From assembly GCA_003152075.1 (NCBI GenBank), contig PLZG01000093.1, positions 15,445 to 79,444 on the forward strand: DNA of 64,000 nt, given 5' to 3'. A model generated the notes under the pieces. It had not been told where the DNA came from. It worked only from the letters and a program-made list of their open reading frames with translations, and made no database searches. Below are positions 45,039 through 54,470 of this stretch, one piece after another. A program made the position numbers and the translations under genes. The DNA comes from a candidate division FCPU426 bacterium. GTDB lineage: Bacteria > Oederibacteriota > Muellerivitia > Muellerivitales > Muellerivitaceae. Every line of letters begins with the position of its first letter. Positions within the stretch are counted from its first letter, which is position 1.

Positions 45039-46568
45039 ATGAGTGAAGCCATCAACCCCAATCTAACTCCCCAATCCGTTCCAAGCCCGGTTCCCATACC
45101 CGCTGTCGTCCGGTCGGCCCCAACGCCGCTGACCCCTCCACCCGCCCGAGAGGGTTGGCGCATTGACCTTTTAAAGATGTTCCCCTTGCTCAAGTGGGTG
45201 GTGAAACAACGCTGGTTCCAGTTCGTGGTAATCCTTCCCAACCTATTCCTTTTCCTGGTCTTCTTGGCCGCCGGAATTTGGGGCACCCCGGTGGGCAACC
45301 GTAATATCTTGATCGTCTTCGTTTGGATTTTTTGGTGGTTCCTCCTCATCAGTGCCATGGTGCCCTTCCTTTCTCGCATTTGGTGCACCGTTTGTCCCTT
45401 CCCCTTCTTTGGAGAATGGATCCAACGTGGTTCCCTAACCACCCCCAAAATGGCCACTCCCGGCGCCAAAGGCACCAAGATTGGTATCAATCGCTATTTC
45501 GGTCTGAACCTGCGGTGGCCCAAGGCTCTTTCCAATATTTGGATGCAGAACATCGGTTTCCTCGGCCTTTGCACCTTCAGCGCCTTTTATCTCACCCGGC
45601 CCATCGTCAGCGTGATCGTCCTGGGCAGCTTGATCGTGGTGGCTACCGTGCTCCACGTGATTTATCGCCAAAGGGCCTTCTGCAATTACGTCTGTCCTGT
45701 CAGCGGTTTCTTAAGCCTTTATGCCATGAGTTCCATGACCGAGGTTCGTTCCAAGGATGCCGATGTCTGCCTGAAGTGCCACGACAAGAGCTGTCTGGTG
45801 GGAAGCGAGAGGGGTTGGGGATGTCCCTGGTTCAACTTCCCCAGCAAGATGGAACGAAATAACTATTGCGGCATGTGCATGGAATGCATTAAGTCCTGTC
45901 CCCATGACAACATGACTGTGAATCTGCGGCCCTTCGCCGCCGACACCAAACTCAAAGGCTACGATGAGGCCTGGAAGGCCTTTATCATGCTGGCCCTAGC
46001 CCTGGCCTACAGCGTCATTTACCTGGGCCCTTGGGCTTTTTTCAAAAACCTGGCCAACTACACCGAAAGCGGTGTGGGTCTTCCCGCCTTTATCGGCTAC
46101 GCCCTGGCCCTTTGGGCATTGCCTATGGTAATCATTCCGAGCATCTTCTCGGCATTCCACTGGATCGCGCGCAAGGTTGCTGGAGCCGAGCCGAAACCTT
46201 GGAAAGAATCTTTCCTACTCATGGCCTATCCCCTGGTTCCGCTGGGACTCTTGGCTTGGATCGCCTTCAGCGTACCCCTCATCTTTATCAACGGCAGCTA
46301 CATCCTGGTCACCATGTCCGATCCCTTTGGCTGGGGCTGGGACCTTTTCCATACAGCTCACACGGCCTGGTCGCCCGTCGTGCCTCAGTTGATGCCCACC
46401 ATCCAGGTCTTCATTATGGCCCTGGGGCTGATCCTCACCTTGAAATCGACTTTCAAACAAGCCGGGAAGGTTTATGAGGACGCCAAAGCCAAGGTGCGGT
46501 TCGCCGCCCCCATGGCGATTTTTTACACCGCCATCGTGCTGTTATTCATCCAGCTTTACGTGAACTGA
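45039..46568 (+). CDS. NapH/MauN/CcoG/NosR-C-like polytopic membrane protein with two [4Fe-4S] ferredoxin motifs
   Basis: Two membrane CxxCP motifs (IWCTVCPFP, FCNYVCPVSG), the hallmark of the NapH family. A soluble loop carries CLKCHDKSC...CPW and CGMCMECIKSCP cluster-binding motifs. About 10 TM helices. Pro-rich N-terminus. Confidence 0.65.
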   Translation: MSEAINPNLTPQSVPSPVPIPAVVRSAPTPLTPPPAREGWRIDLLKMFPLLKWVVKQRWFQFVVILPNLFLFLVFLAAGIWGTPVGNRNILIVFVWIFWWFLLISAMVPFLSRIWCTVCPFPFFGEWIQRGSLTTPKMATPGAKGTKIGINRYFGLNLRWPKALSNIWMQNIGFLGLCTFSAFYLTRPIVSVIVLGSLIVVATVLHVIYRQRAFCNYVCPVSGFLSLYAMSSMTEVRSKDADVCLKCHDKSCLVGSERGWGCPWFNFPSKMERNNYCGMCMECIKSCPHDNMTVNLRPFAADTKLKGYDEAWKAFIMLALALAYSVIYLGPWAFFKNLANYTESGVGLPAFIGYALALWALPMVIIPSIFSAFHWIARKVAGAEPKPWKESFLLMAYPLVPLGLLAWIAFSVPLIFINGSYILVTMSDPFGWGWDLFHTAHTAWSPVVPQLMPTIQVFIMALGLILTLKSTFKQAGKVYEDAKAKVRFAAPMAIFYTAIVLLFIQLYVN

Positions 46569-46583
46569 AAAGGGAGGATCAAC

Positions 46584-47552
46584 ATGAAATTCAGGGAAAT
46601 TATCTCCAGCGTCCTCGCGGTAGTGGCCGTGGTCGGGGCCTTCGCCATCCCCTTTGCTTACCAGAAGCAAAGAATGACCAGTGACCATAATGTGCGGACA
46701 ATCACCTTGACCGGTTTGGCCCCGCAAGGCATTTGGACCCAGGATGAGGTTAACGGCGGCAACTATTGGAAAGCCCATTTCAAACCCGCCGAGCTCAACC
46801 TTAAGGCGGGCGAACAGATCCGTCTGATCCTTCGCAGTGCCGACGTAGTCCACCGCTTTTACATGCCCCAATTGGGAATCGGCCCTATTGAGCTTGTTCC
46901 CGGCCATACCGAGGTGGTCAATTTCAAAGCCGACAAGGAGGGAATCTATCCTTACTACTGTACAGCTGTCTGCGGAGATTGCCATTTCCACATGCTAAAC
47001 ATGAGGGGATTGGTTGCCATCGGGAAAGAGATCGACACCAAAACCGCCCCCATCATCAATGAGCCTCTTTGCATGGTGAATATTACTTCGGACCTGCCTT
47101 CCTTCACGGACATCACCCAAAAGGGACATTTCCTGTTCCAAACCAGGGGTTGCGTCACTTGCCACGGGGTCGATGGCGCGGGAGGAATCCCCAACTTCAA
47201 TTACGTACGTGGTACCGTTCCGGCTTTGAACACCTTGGCCTCCAAGATGTCCCTGGGTAGCAAGGATGAAGTGGAGGCCTTTACTAAAGCCCTGGAAATA
47301 AAAGAAGGGCCCGCGAAGGACAAACCCGAACCAGGGCTCTCCAATTGGCCGCTTTCTTTCGCCCAGTATCAGTCGGTTGTAAAAACCATTGAGGGTGGCA
47401 GTCCGCCCTTGAAGGCTGACCCGAATGGGCCCGAACCTCCCCTTTTTATGCCGAGCTGGAAGGAAAACCTCGACCACGAACAGATCAATTCGATAATCGC
47501 CTTTCTTATCTCAGAGCAGAAGTTCGAGGAACACACGGGCTGGGGAAACTAG
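46584..47552 (+). CDS. Cytochrome oxidase subunit II-like CuA protein with fused C-terminal monohaem cytochrome c (caa3-type subunit II architecture, orphan)
   Basis: Single N-terminal TM. CuA signature H(RFYMP)...CTAVCGDCHFHM. C-terminal CVTCH plus Met ligand (LFMPSW). No subunit I gene is adjacent. Confidence 0.7.
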   Translation: MKFREIISSVLAVVAVVGAFAIPFAYQKQRMTSDHNVRTITLTGLAPQGIWTQDEVNGGNYWKAHFKPAELNLKAGEQIRLILRSADVVHRFYMPQLGIGPIELVPGHTEVVNFKADKEGIYPYYCTAVCGDCHFHMLNMRGLVAIGKEIDTKTAPIINEPLCMVNITSDLPSFTDITQKGHFLFQTRGCVTCHGVDGAGGIPNFNYVRGTVPALNTLASKMSLGSKDEVEAFTKALEIKEGPAKDKPEPGLSNWPLSFAQYQSVVKTIEGGSPPLKADPNGPEPPLFMPSWKENLDHEQINSIIAFLISEQKFEEHTGWGN

Positions 47553-47632
47553 TAGAATCTCGTCGGTAACCGGGCGCGGGTGGCGCGCTAATTAAAGCTG
47601 AACAGTAAATTTGTAACCTTGGGAGGGTGTAA

Positions 47633-49012
47633 ATGAGTAATCGTTCAATAAAAGCGATCCTGATCGGGATTTTAGGATGTATTGGTTTGATTGTCTGCGC
47701 GGCTCCCGCCCAGGCATTGCCAACCTTTGCCCGGCAGACAGGCATGTCCTGCGCGGCCTGCCACACGGTTTATCCCGAACTGACGACTTACGGGAGAACC
47801 TTCAAGCTCAACGGCTACACCACCAACAATTCCGATTCACTCAAGGACGGTGCGGATGAGACGGGGTACCGGTTGAATATCAGCAACACTCCCCCGATCG
47901 CGGCCATGCTTCAGGTTGCCGACGTATTTACCCATGCTCCTCAAACAGGCGGTTTAGTGGCCGCCAACTCGGATAACAACGGCACTTTGGAGTTTCCCAG
48001 TCAGTTCAGTCTTTTCTACGCGGGAGCCATCTCCCCGAAGATGGGGGCCTTCGTCCAGTTTACTTACGACTCTGGCTCAGGCTCTTTTGGCATGGACAAT
48101 ACGGACATCCGTATTGCCGACCGTTTTCAAGTGGCCAACACCGATCTGGTCTTGGGCTTAACCCTCAATAACAATCCCACCGTACAGGATATTTTTAACA
48201 ACATTCCGGCTTGGGGCTTCCCCTATGCGACAGGCAAATCGGCCATTACTCCCGCAACCGCCAGCATGATCGAGAGTCTGGGTGGTAGTGTCGGAGGATT
48301 GGGTCTTTACGCCTTTTGGAACCAGCTTTTATACGCTGAAATTTCAGCATACCGCACGGCTCCCCAAGGCATGGAAGCCGTGGGTGCCCCAGACATCCAG
48401 GGTTACGCTCCTTATTGGAGGGTGGCTTTGACCAAGGATTTCGAGACCAATTCCTTTGAAATCGGCGCTTTCGGGATGAACGCTAATACTTATCCAAACA
48501 GCGGGGATCCCACTCTGTTCACTCAAAATAATGTGGACGATATTGGGGTAGACGGTCAGTTCCAGTTCGTGGGCAAGGAACATCAATTGACGGTCAAAGG
48601 AAGTTGCATTTGGGAAAACCAGAAATTGGGCTATTCCAGTCCTGTAACGGTTATCGACCCCAGCGGACCGACGACCACCATCAGCTCAGTCGCGGCCAAT
48701 GCTACCGACACCTTCACGACCGCCAAGGCGGATATCACCTATTATTACGACCGTAAAGTCGGGGCAACGGTGGGCTATTTCACCAACTATGGTTCCGGCG
48801 ACACGGGCCTTTATTCCACCGCCAGCGGAACACCCGATAGCGCCGGCTGGGTGATCGAGGTGAATTACGTGCCTTGGTATAACACGAAATTCTCCTTGCA
48901 ATACACTATGTACGATAAGTTCAACGGTTCCGTGAATAATTACGATACCGTCCCTGGCCGTAACGCTTCGGATAACAACACCCTAATGGCAATGGCTTGG
49001 TTGATGTACTAA
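47633..49012 (+). CDS. cyc2: Cyc2-like fused monohaem cytochrome / outer-membrane beta-barrel porin (paralogue 2)
   Basis: Signal peptide. CxxCH (CAACH) within ~15 aa of the mature N-terminus. The N-terminal motif LPTFARQTGMSCAACH..TYGRTFKLNGY parallels VPMFARMYSYNCTMCH..KFGYNFRAAGY of the gene at 2219. The ~400-aa G/T/N/Y-rich barrel ends ..AWLMY. Confidence 0.6.
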   Translation: MSNRSIKAILIGILGCIGLIVCAAPAQALPTFARQTGMSCAACHTVYPELTTYGRTFKLNGYTTNNSDSLKDGADETGYRLNISNTPPIAAMLQVADVFTHAPQTGGLVAANSDNNGTLEFPSQFSLFYAGAISPKMGAFVQFTYDSGSGSFGMDNTDIRIADRFQVANTDLVLGLTLNNNPTVQDIFNNIPAWGFPYATGKSAITPATASMIESLGGSVGGLGLYAFWNQLLYAEISAYRTAPQGMEAVGAPDIQGYAPYWRVALTKDFETNSFEIGAFGMNANTYPNSGDPTLFTQNNVDDIGVDGQFQFVGKEHQLTVKGSCIWENQKLGYSSPVTVIDPSGPTTTISSVAANATDTFTTAKADITYYYDRKVGATVGYFTNYGSGDTGLYSTASGTPDSAGWVIEVNYVPWYNTKFSLQYTMYDKFNGSVNNYDTVPGRNASDNNTLMAMAWLMY

Positions 49013-49037
49013 TCTCTCTTTCAATTTTTCAGGAGAG

Positions 49038-49072
49038 AAGGCCGGGTTCCATTGGAATCCGGCCTTTTTTAT
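49038..49072 (+). terminator. Rho-independent terminator after cyc2-like paralogue 2
   Basis: AAGGCCGGGTTCCattgGGAATCCGGCCTTTTTT. Confidence 0.65.
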
Positions 49073-49135
49073 TATGACCGCTATCATCTTTTCCCTTACC
49101 TTTCAGACTAAAATGGATCTATCAGGGAGAGTTCA

Positions 49136-49798
49136 ATGGCACTAAACAAGATGACTGTCCCAAATGAAAAAAAGCGGTTCTTCACACCCTTATTAATAGA
49201 ATGGCTGGGGGCCTTGGTTTTATTCTCCTTACTCGCCCCTTCCTTAGCCTTGCCCCCGGCCCAAACTACCCCGGTAAATTCAGTCCACAAAAAAGACCCC
49301 CTTGTCTTGAAAGGCAAACAGCTTTACGCCGACTTGAGGTGCTTTTACTGCCACAAACTCAAGGGTCGGGGTGGTACGGTCGGCCCAGCCCTGGACAACG
49401 TGGGTTTCAGGCGCACCCAGGAATGGATGGCCCACCACTTCCGTGATCCCAAGGAAGTCTCTCAGGGAACCAAAATGATCAACCTCAAGCTGAAAGACAG
49501 CCAGGTTCAGGCCCTGGTGGCTTACATGAATAGCCTGGGAGGCTATACCTTCACCCCCCAAGCTCCGGATCTTTATAAAGCTAACTGTGCCGCTTGTCAT
49601 TCCCTCAACGGCGAGAGCGCGAATGCCACCGACTTGTCCAAGGAAGGAAAATTCCGGGATGTGGACTTCCTCATGGATTACATCCGGGATCCCGCCAACG
49701 TGAACTCGGAGGCCAAAATGATAAAATTTGAGGGTGTTTTGACCGAAGCCCAAATCAAGGATATCGCCGCTTACCTTTACAAGCAGAGCCGCAAATAA
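49136..49798 (+). CDS. Periplasmic dihaem cytochrome c (c4-like)
   Basis: Signal peptide; CFYCH and CAACH. About 45% identical over its length to the C-terminal domain of the cytochrome b at 5743..7374 (shared ..KGRGGTVGPALDNVGFRRTQEWMAHHFRDPKEVSQGTKM..). Confidence 0.8.
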   Translation: MALNKMTVPNEKKRFFTPLLIEWLGALVLFSLLAPSLALPPAQTTPVNSVHKKDPLVLKGKQLYADLRCFYCHKLKGRGGTVGPALDNVGFRRTQEWMAHHFRDPKEVSQGTKMINLKLKDSQVQALVAYMNSLGGYTFTPQAPDLYKANCAACHSLNGESANATDLSKEGKFRDVDFLMDYIRDPANVNSEAKMIKFEGVLTEAQIKDIAAYLYKQSRK

Positions 49799-49974
49799 AG
49801 GCGGTTTTCAATCCGCTAAATGATCTGGATCATATTCCCCTTTTCCGCGAAACATTAGGATACAACCTGTATTGCAGTTCGGGACCAAAACCCCGAGCTT
49901 GAACGGCGGAAAAGTATCAAATAAAAAAGGAGGCGGTCTTAACCAAAGTTAAAATCGACTCTGTTGGAATTTGG

Positions 49975-50015
49975 AAAACAAGGCCGGACCTGGCAAGGCT
50001 CCGGCCTTTTCTTTT
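49975..50015. terminator. Bidirectional intrinsic terminator
   Basis: aaaacaAGGCCGGAcctggcaaggcTCCGGCCttttctttt, flanked by an A-run upstream and a T-run downstream. Confidence 0.6.
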
Positions 50016-50121
50016 AAGGAGCCTTTCTTTTACTTTTATACCTTTTGGGAAGCCTTGGAATTTTTCAATATTTGAATCACTTCCCAATCACTGACCGGTC
50101 GGAAGTCCTCGAAGAATTCCC

Positions 50122-50700
50122 CTACCGCGCCGAAGTTGGATTCAACCCTGAGGACGGCCACCTCATCGGCTTCCTTGTGGAGGGATCCATGGCTTCCGGG
50201 GGTGCCACAGCGGCGACCACTACCACCTTCAGGGGCCCTTTTCGGCGAACCTCCCGGATAGCCGCCATCATGGTGGAAGCCGTGGCGATCCCGTCATCCA
50301 CCAGGATGACGATTCTCTTATCGACGCGCGACTTGGCGCCTAACCCGTAAAGCTTGCGTTTCTCCTTCAAGGCCTTTACCTGCCGCTGGATTTCGGTTTG
50401 TATCTTTTCCTCGGGATAACCCATTGAACGGGCATAGTGTCCCTCGTAATATTCACCGCTCTCGTTCACCGCTCCCAGGGCCAACTCAAGATTGCCGGGC
50501 GCGCCCACCTTGTGCACCAGGACCACATCCAGCTCCCCCTTCAGCTCGTCAGCGATAATCCTCCCTATGGGAACGGCCCCGTGGGGAATGGCCAGCACCA
50601 GTGGGTTTTCCCCCTTGTAGTCCACCAGCCTGCCAGCCAGCAATTGGGCCGCTTCCTCACGGTTTTTAAAAAAAGGTTTTTCCCAAGCGAAATGGTCCAC
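50122..50700 (-). CDS. Phosphoribosyltransferase-domain protein
   Basis: PRPP-binding motif VILVDDGIATASTM in a ~190-aa protein. Confidence 0.7.
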   Translation of the reverse strand: MDHFAWEKPFFKNREEAAQLLAGRLVDYKGENPLVLAIPHGAVPIGRIIADELKGELDVVLVHKVGAPGNLELALGAVNESGEYYEGHYARSMGYPEEKIQTEIQRQVKALKEKRKLYGLGAKSRVDKRIVILVDDGIATASTMMAAIREVRRKGPLKVVVVAAVAPPEAMDPSTRKPMRWPSSGLNPTSAR

Positions 50701-50709
50701 AGCATCCTC

Positions 50710-51444
50710 CTAATCTAAAAAACCCATCTGATTGGCCCGCTTCAAGAGAATGTTATTCTCCAAGTGGAGATGTTGAATGTTGTCTTTTTCCAGTTCCAGG
50801 AGGGCATCATAAAGGGGCTGGAGCATCATCCGCCTGGATTCGGGCGCGCGAAAATGGTCGGTGAGCCGGTCGATTTCCTTCCATTCCCTGTCCGTCATTC
50901 CATGCTCCCACTCCAACACGCGCAAGGGATGGTTGAAGGAGTCGTATTTACTGAAAGTTTGGGGAAGGGGCCGGTCGTGCAGAAGGCACTGTTCTGCTTC
51001 AATTAAGTAAGGAAAGACCACCTCTTCTTCGCGCCTCAAGTGGTTCTCCATTTCATCGGCCATAGTGTTGAAAAGACTATGGATGGTGGCTAGTTCGGGG
51101 GGCGGCCCCCCGGGACCCGTAACCACCTTATACATCAGACCTTTGACACGCCTCATTTGGGACCGAGCGTAGGTGTGGTGTTTCTTGAGGATGTAACCGA
51201 TCAGCTCAGCTAGTGGTTCCTGTCGCCAGTCCCGCTCCTTATACCATTCCTTTGGGGCAGGCTCGATTTTTTCCAGGGCCTCGGTAACCTCCTCCAATGG
51301 GATGCCGACGTAATAACAAGCGTCTTTCAAAGTCCGACCGCCCTCACAGCAATAGTCGATCCCGAATTTCTCGAATAGGGGGATGGACTCCTTCATTTCC
51401 ACCGCAATTTCAGCGACGCTTTGGGATGGATTAATCTTCGCCAT
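50710..51444 (-). CDS. ytfE: Iron-sulfur cluster repair di-iron protein (RIC/YtfE family), paralogue B
   Basis: N-terminal ..FEKFGIDYCCEGG.. ScdA_N motif plus a hemerythrin-like domain. Collinear with 21463..22206. Confidence 0.8.
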   Translation of the reverse strand: MAKINPSQSVAEIAVEMKESIPLFEKFGIDYCCEGGRTLKDACYYVGIPLEEVTEALEKIEPAPKEWYKERDWRQEPLAELIGYILKKHHTYARSQMRRVKGLMYKVVTGPGGPPPELATIHSLFNTMADEMENHLRREEEVVFPYLIEAEQCLLHDRPLPQTFSKYDSFNHPLRVLEWEHGMTDREWKEIDRLTDHFRAPESRRMMLQPLYDALLELEKDNIQHLHLENNILLKRANQMGFLD

Positions 51445-51519
51445 TTTGTGCCCCCGATGGTGGATTTGATTTTCTCTCTCTTGGAGTTTTTTTCACATGA
51501 CATGGATCACATTCAACTT

Positions 51520-51533
51520 ATGACTTTGGTCAT
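51520..51533. promoter_or_regulatory. Palindrome ATGAC-tttg-GTCAT about 80 bp upstream of RIC paralogue B
   Basis: TGAC-N4-GTCA core. Same architecture and distance as the site upstream of RIC paralogue A. Confidence 0.4.
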
Positions 51534-51611
51534 AAGTACTTAACCACCCACGCCGTAAACTTAAATAACGTTCCTCCGGACTATAAAGGATGAGCGAAAA
51601 AGGGGAATAAT

Positions 51612-51989
51612 ATGAAACACCATAAAAAAATTTTAGTGGGAACTGTCGTGTTGGGCATCTTTTCTTTGTCCATGTGGGCTTTTGAAAACAACAACACTCA
51701 ACTACAAAAGGATGTCGAAACCAAGGTGGCCGACCTTCACCAGGTTTACAACCAGTTCTCCGGGGATCGCAGGGATATGGCCGCGGCCCAAGAAAACTTG
51801 AAATCACCCACACTCACCCTTGACCAAAGGCAGGCCCTTCGGGAAAAGATCGATAAAGACCGGGATGTCATCCAGGCGGAAAGCTCGACCATTCTGGGGG
51901 ACATTAGTTATCTTCAAAACAATTGGGGGGTCTTAACCCAGGCGGAAAAGGATTTTGTGGGTCAGGTGCAAAAGGACCTGCAAACCTAA
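51612..51989 (+). CDS. Periplasmic LTXXQ-motif protein (Spy/CpxP/ZraP-like chaperone family), hypothetical
   Basis: Signal peptide. Predicted all-helical. LTLDQRQALREK matches the LTxxQ motif of the CpxP/Spy family. Confidence 0.45.
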   Translation: MKHHKKILVGTVVLGIFSLSMWAFENNNTQLQKDVETKVADLHQVYNQFSGDRRDMAAAQENLKSPTLTLDQRQALREKIDKDRDVIQAESSTILGDISYLQNNWGVLTQAEKDFVGQVQKDLQT

Positions 51990-52111
51990 CCGAGGGGCAA
52001 AGGTAACCAAAAGTTAACGTTCAAAAAAACCAGTTTCCTTCCCTTGATATCCGTCCCCTCTTTTCACATGATGTGCCCCTATTCAAGCAATCCAAAAACA
52101 AGGGGTTCACG

Positions 52112-52966
52112 ATGATCCTGGTGATTGGCGGCACGGGAAAAGTTGGAATTGAAGTAGTCAAACAACTCGCGGAAAAGAAAGTGAACGCCCGGATTTTGGT
52201 TCGCAACGCCCAAAAGGAAGCCGAGATCAAAAAACTGGGTTTTGAGACGGCCTTGGGCGACGTCACCCAAATCGGCACTATCGAGCCGGCCTTGAAGGGC
52301 GTGAACAAACTTTTCCTCCTTACCCTCGCCAGCCCCCAGCAGTCATCTCAGGAAATCGCCATCATGGACGCGGCCAAGAAGTCGGGGGTAAAGCAGGTGG
52401 TTCTGGTTTCAGCAATGGGCGTTAACTCCGCTTCCCCTCTCACCTTGGCCCGCAACCATGGCCAGAGCGAGGACTACCTGAAAAAATCCGGTCTCTCCTG
52501 GACCATCCTCCAGCCCCATTCCTTCATGCAGAACATCCTGAACCAGGCTGGGGCCATTAAAAGCCAAGGCGCGATTTACGGCAATTTCAAGGACGGCAAG
52601 ATCGCCATGGTGGATGTCCGGGATATCGCGGCTGTAGCCGTGACAGCACTGACCGAACCGGGCCACGAGGGAAAAACCTACGTCATCACCGGGGGCGAAG
52701 CGGTCACTTACACACAGGTGGCGGACAAGCTTTCGGCGGTCGCGGGCAAAAAAGTGAATTACGTGGACGTTCCCTCCGCCGGACTCGTTCAATCCATGAC
52801 TTCCATGGGCTTGCCCGATTGGCTGGCGAGCGACCTAGCCAAACTGGGCGAGGTCTTCGCGGCTGGCCATGGCGCCGCAACAACGGAAGTGGTGGAAAAG
52901 GTAGCGAAGAAAAAGCCCGTGACGGTGGACCAGTTCCTGAAGGATAATGCCTCAGCTTTTAAATAA
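52112..52966 (+). CDS. NmrA-like / atypical SDR NAD(P)-binding protein
   Basis: N-terminal Rossmann motif MILVIGGTGKVG. ~285 aa with the NmrA-family layout. The start was trimmed from the track ORF. Confidence 0.75.
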   Translation: MILVIGGTGKVGIEVVKQLAEKKVNARILVRNAQKEAEIKKLGFETALGDVTQIGTIEPALKGVNKLFLLTLASPQQSSQEIAIMDAAKKSGVKQVVLVSAMGVNSASPLTLARNHGQSEDYLKKSGLSWTILQPHSFMQNILNQAGAIKSQGAIYGNFKDGKIAMVDVRDIAAVAVTALTEPGHEGKTYVITGGEAVTYTQVADKLSAVAGKKVNYVDVPSAGLVQSMTSMGLPDWLASDLAKLGEVFAAGHGAATTEVVEKVAKKKPVTVDQFLKDNASAFK

Positions 52967-52977
52967 GGAGGGTAGGC

Positions 52978-53703
52978 ATGAAAAAGTTCTCAGGAATTTT
53001 GTGTTTAGTCTGTCTTTCCGCCATCGGTTTCGTCGCGACCGCGTACGCACAAGTCAATGTCGGGGTCCGGATCGGAGCCAATGGTGGCCTTGACGCCTTT
53101 CACGTGGCCATCGGGGATTATTTCAAGGTGTCCGACCAACAGGTGGAAACTTGCCAGGACAGCAATATCTCCGATGAGGATCAACCGGTGGTTTTTTTCA
53201 TGGCCCAGCGGGCCAACGTTCCCCCCGAATCGGTAATTCTGCTCCGTTCCCGCGGGTGGAGCTGGATGCAAATCGCCCTTCACTTCCGCCTCAATCCCCG
53301 CATTTTCTATACCCCCGGCACTTACGAGGGGACGCCCTATGAGAACGGCCACAGGGCCTTTCACGGAAGGGGCCGGATCCGGCTTTCCGACGCGGACATC
53401 GTCAATTTCGTTAACTTGAAATTCGCGTCCGAGCATTATGGGCATGACCCGCGGGAAATCGCCCAGATGCGGGCCCAAGGCCGGAGCTTCCGTGAAATCC
53501 ACGACGGCTTCGCTCAAAAAGAGGAAAGGATCGAGTGGGACGCCAAGGAAGAACCTCGCCACCGGGATAACAGGAGAATGAGACAGGATGACCGGCCTCA
53601 CCCGGACCAAAATGGGCGGAATAGGGATAATAATGGGGATCAAAACGGAAGGGGCGGGAACGACCACAAAGACCGTAACGACCGGCATGACGACAACCAA
53701 TAA
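52978..53703 (+). CDS. Secreted hypothetical protein with highly charged R/D/N/H-rich low-complexity C-terminal tail
   Basis: Classic signal peptide (MKKFSGILCLVCLSAIGFVATAYAQ). The tail reads RDNRRMRQDDRPHPDQNGRNRDNNGDQNGRGGNDHKDRNDRHDDNQ. The antisense ORF of similar length lacks any such features. Confidence 0.5.
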   Translation: MKKFSGILCLVCLSAIGFVATAYAQVNVGVRIGANGGLDAFHVAIGDYFKVSDQQVETCQDSNISDEDQPVVFFMAQRANVPPESVILLRSRGWSWMQIALHFRLNPRIFYTPGTYEGTPYENGHRAFHGRGRIRLSDADIVNFVNLKFASEHYGHDPREIAQMRAQGRSFREIHDGFAQKEERIEWDAKEEPRHRDNRRMRQDDRPHPDQNGRNRDNNGDQNGRGGNDHKDRNDRHDDNQ

Positions 53704-53742
53704 ACAAACTCAAGCCTAACCACACCAAGCCGATTAAAACAC

Positions 53743-53778
53743 AAAAGCCGGGAATCTTTGGTTCCCGGCTTTTTCATT
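53743..53778 (+). terminator. Rho-independent terminator
   Basis: aaaaGCCGGGAAtctttgGTTCCCGGCttttt. Confidence 0.65.
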
Positions 53779-53833
53779 TAATCCAAGCCTTGCGATGAAA
53801 CGATGACAGGGTGTGCTTTTGAGTTTCCGTGGA

Positions 53834-54043
53834 CTAAACCTGGCTTTTCCTGGCCCGCCGGGGACTGTCCTTTTTCCCCCCCCAATCCGACGGCGGGACT
53901 AGTTTTCCTTCTTCATCATAGGTAAAGCGCACTTTCCCGCGCAGGGCGCACCCTAACATGCCGGGGATACAACCCACTCTCACCCTATCGCAATAGGATT
54001 CCCCACTTTGATAACGGCAAGACCATCCGGGCATGAATCCCAC
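53834..54043 (-). CDS. Small Cys4 protein (69 aa), paralogue B (GTG start)
   Basis: WSCRYQSGESYCDRVRVGCIPGMLGCALRGKVRF core, about 60% identical to ORF 20543..20731 over 34 aa. Preceded by a long structured leader. Confidence 0.45.
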   Translation of the reverse strand: MGFMPGWSCRYQSGESYCDRVRVGCIPGMLGCALRGKVRFTYDEEGKLVPPSDWGGKKDSPRRARKSQV

Positions 54044-54080
54044 TCCTTGTCAGTTGAAGGTGGATATTGTAAAAGGGCTT

Positions 54081-54116
54081 AAAAAAAGCCCCGGACCGCT
54101 TGGTTCCGGGGCTTCC
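54081..54116 (-). terminator. Intrinsic terminator (minus strand) located 40 nt upstream of the small Cys4 ORF start
   Basis: On the minus strand: GAAGCCCCGGAAccaagcGGTCCGGGGCTTTTTTTAAG. It either ends a long pirin 3' UTR or an sRNA, or acts as an attenuator in the leader of the Cys4 ORF. Confidence 0.55.
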
Positions 54117-54326
54117 AGCAACATCTTCAGCAAGATTCATTGATGGTTATGGGCCTTTGCCCAGCGTCATTGAAACGCAACCCTTGAACCTTTCCAACGA
54201 TTGTACCGACCAACCTCCTACTAACATCTGAAGGACCCGACCTTCGGGGCCTCACCAACAACAACTCAGCAACAAACATCAACAACCTAACTGAACTCAC
54301 CGGCTTCGCCAGGCTGGATTCCTTGA

Positions 54327-54470
54327 CGGTTCGGGACCGCAGTCCCCGCAACACCCTTAAGGGCGCTTCAACCGGAACCCTTACCAGTTCCACCGCTCTC
54401 GACGGCCGTGTTCCTCATCGGTTTGGGACCTCAGTCCCCGCTGCACCTCTAAGGTGCCTTGATTTGGAAC
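54327..54470. repeat. Two ~52-bp imperfect direct repeats (about 80% identical), each containing a GGGAC-N4-GTCCC hairpin, in a 530-bp noncoding region
   Basis: R1 is at 54327-54378 and R2 at 54419-54470 (cggtTYgggaccKcagtccccgcWRcacc.YtaaggK.cc...). An AAC-rich tract lies at 54255-54292. No plausible ORF on either strand. Confidence 0.45.

Noticed and set aside
53005-53700. 231-aa ORF on the minus strand, nearly coextensive with ORF 52978..53703
   Set aside because: Only the plus-strand frame has a canonical signal peptide and RBS. The minus frame is a low-complexity Val/Pro/Ile run, so it is treated as the antisense shadow.
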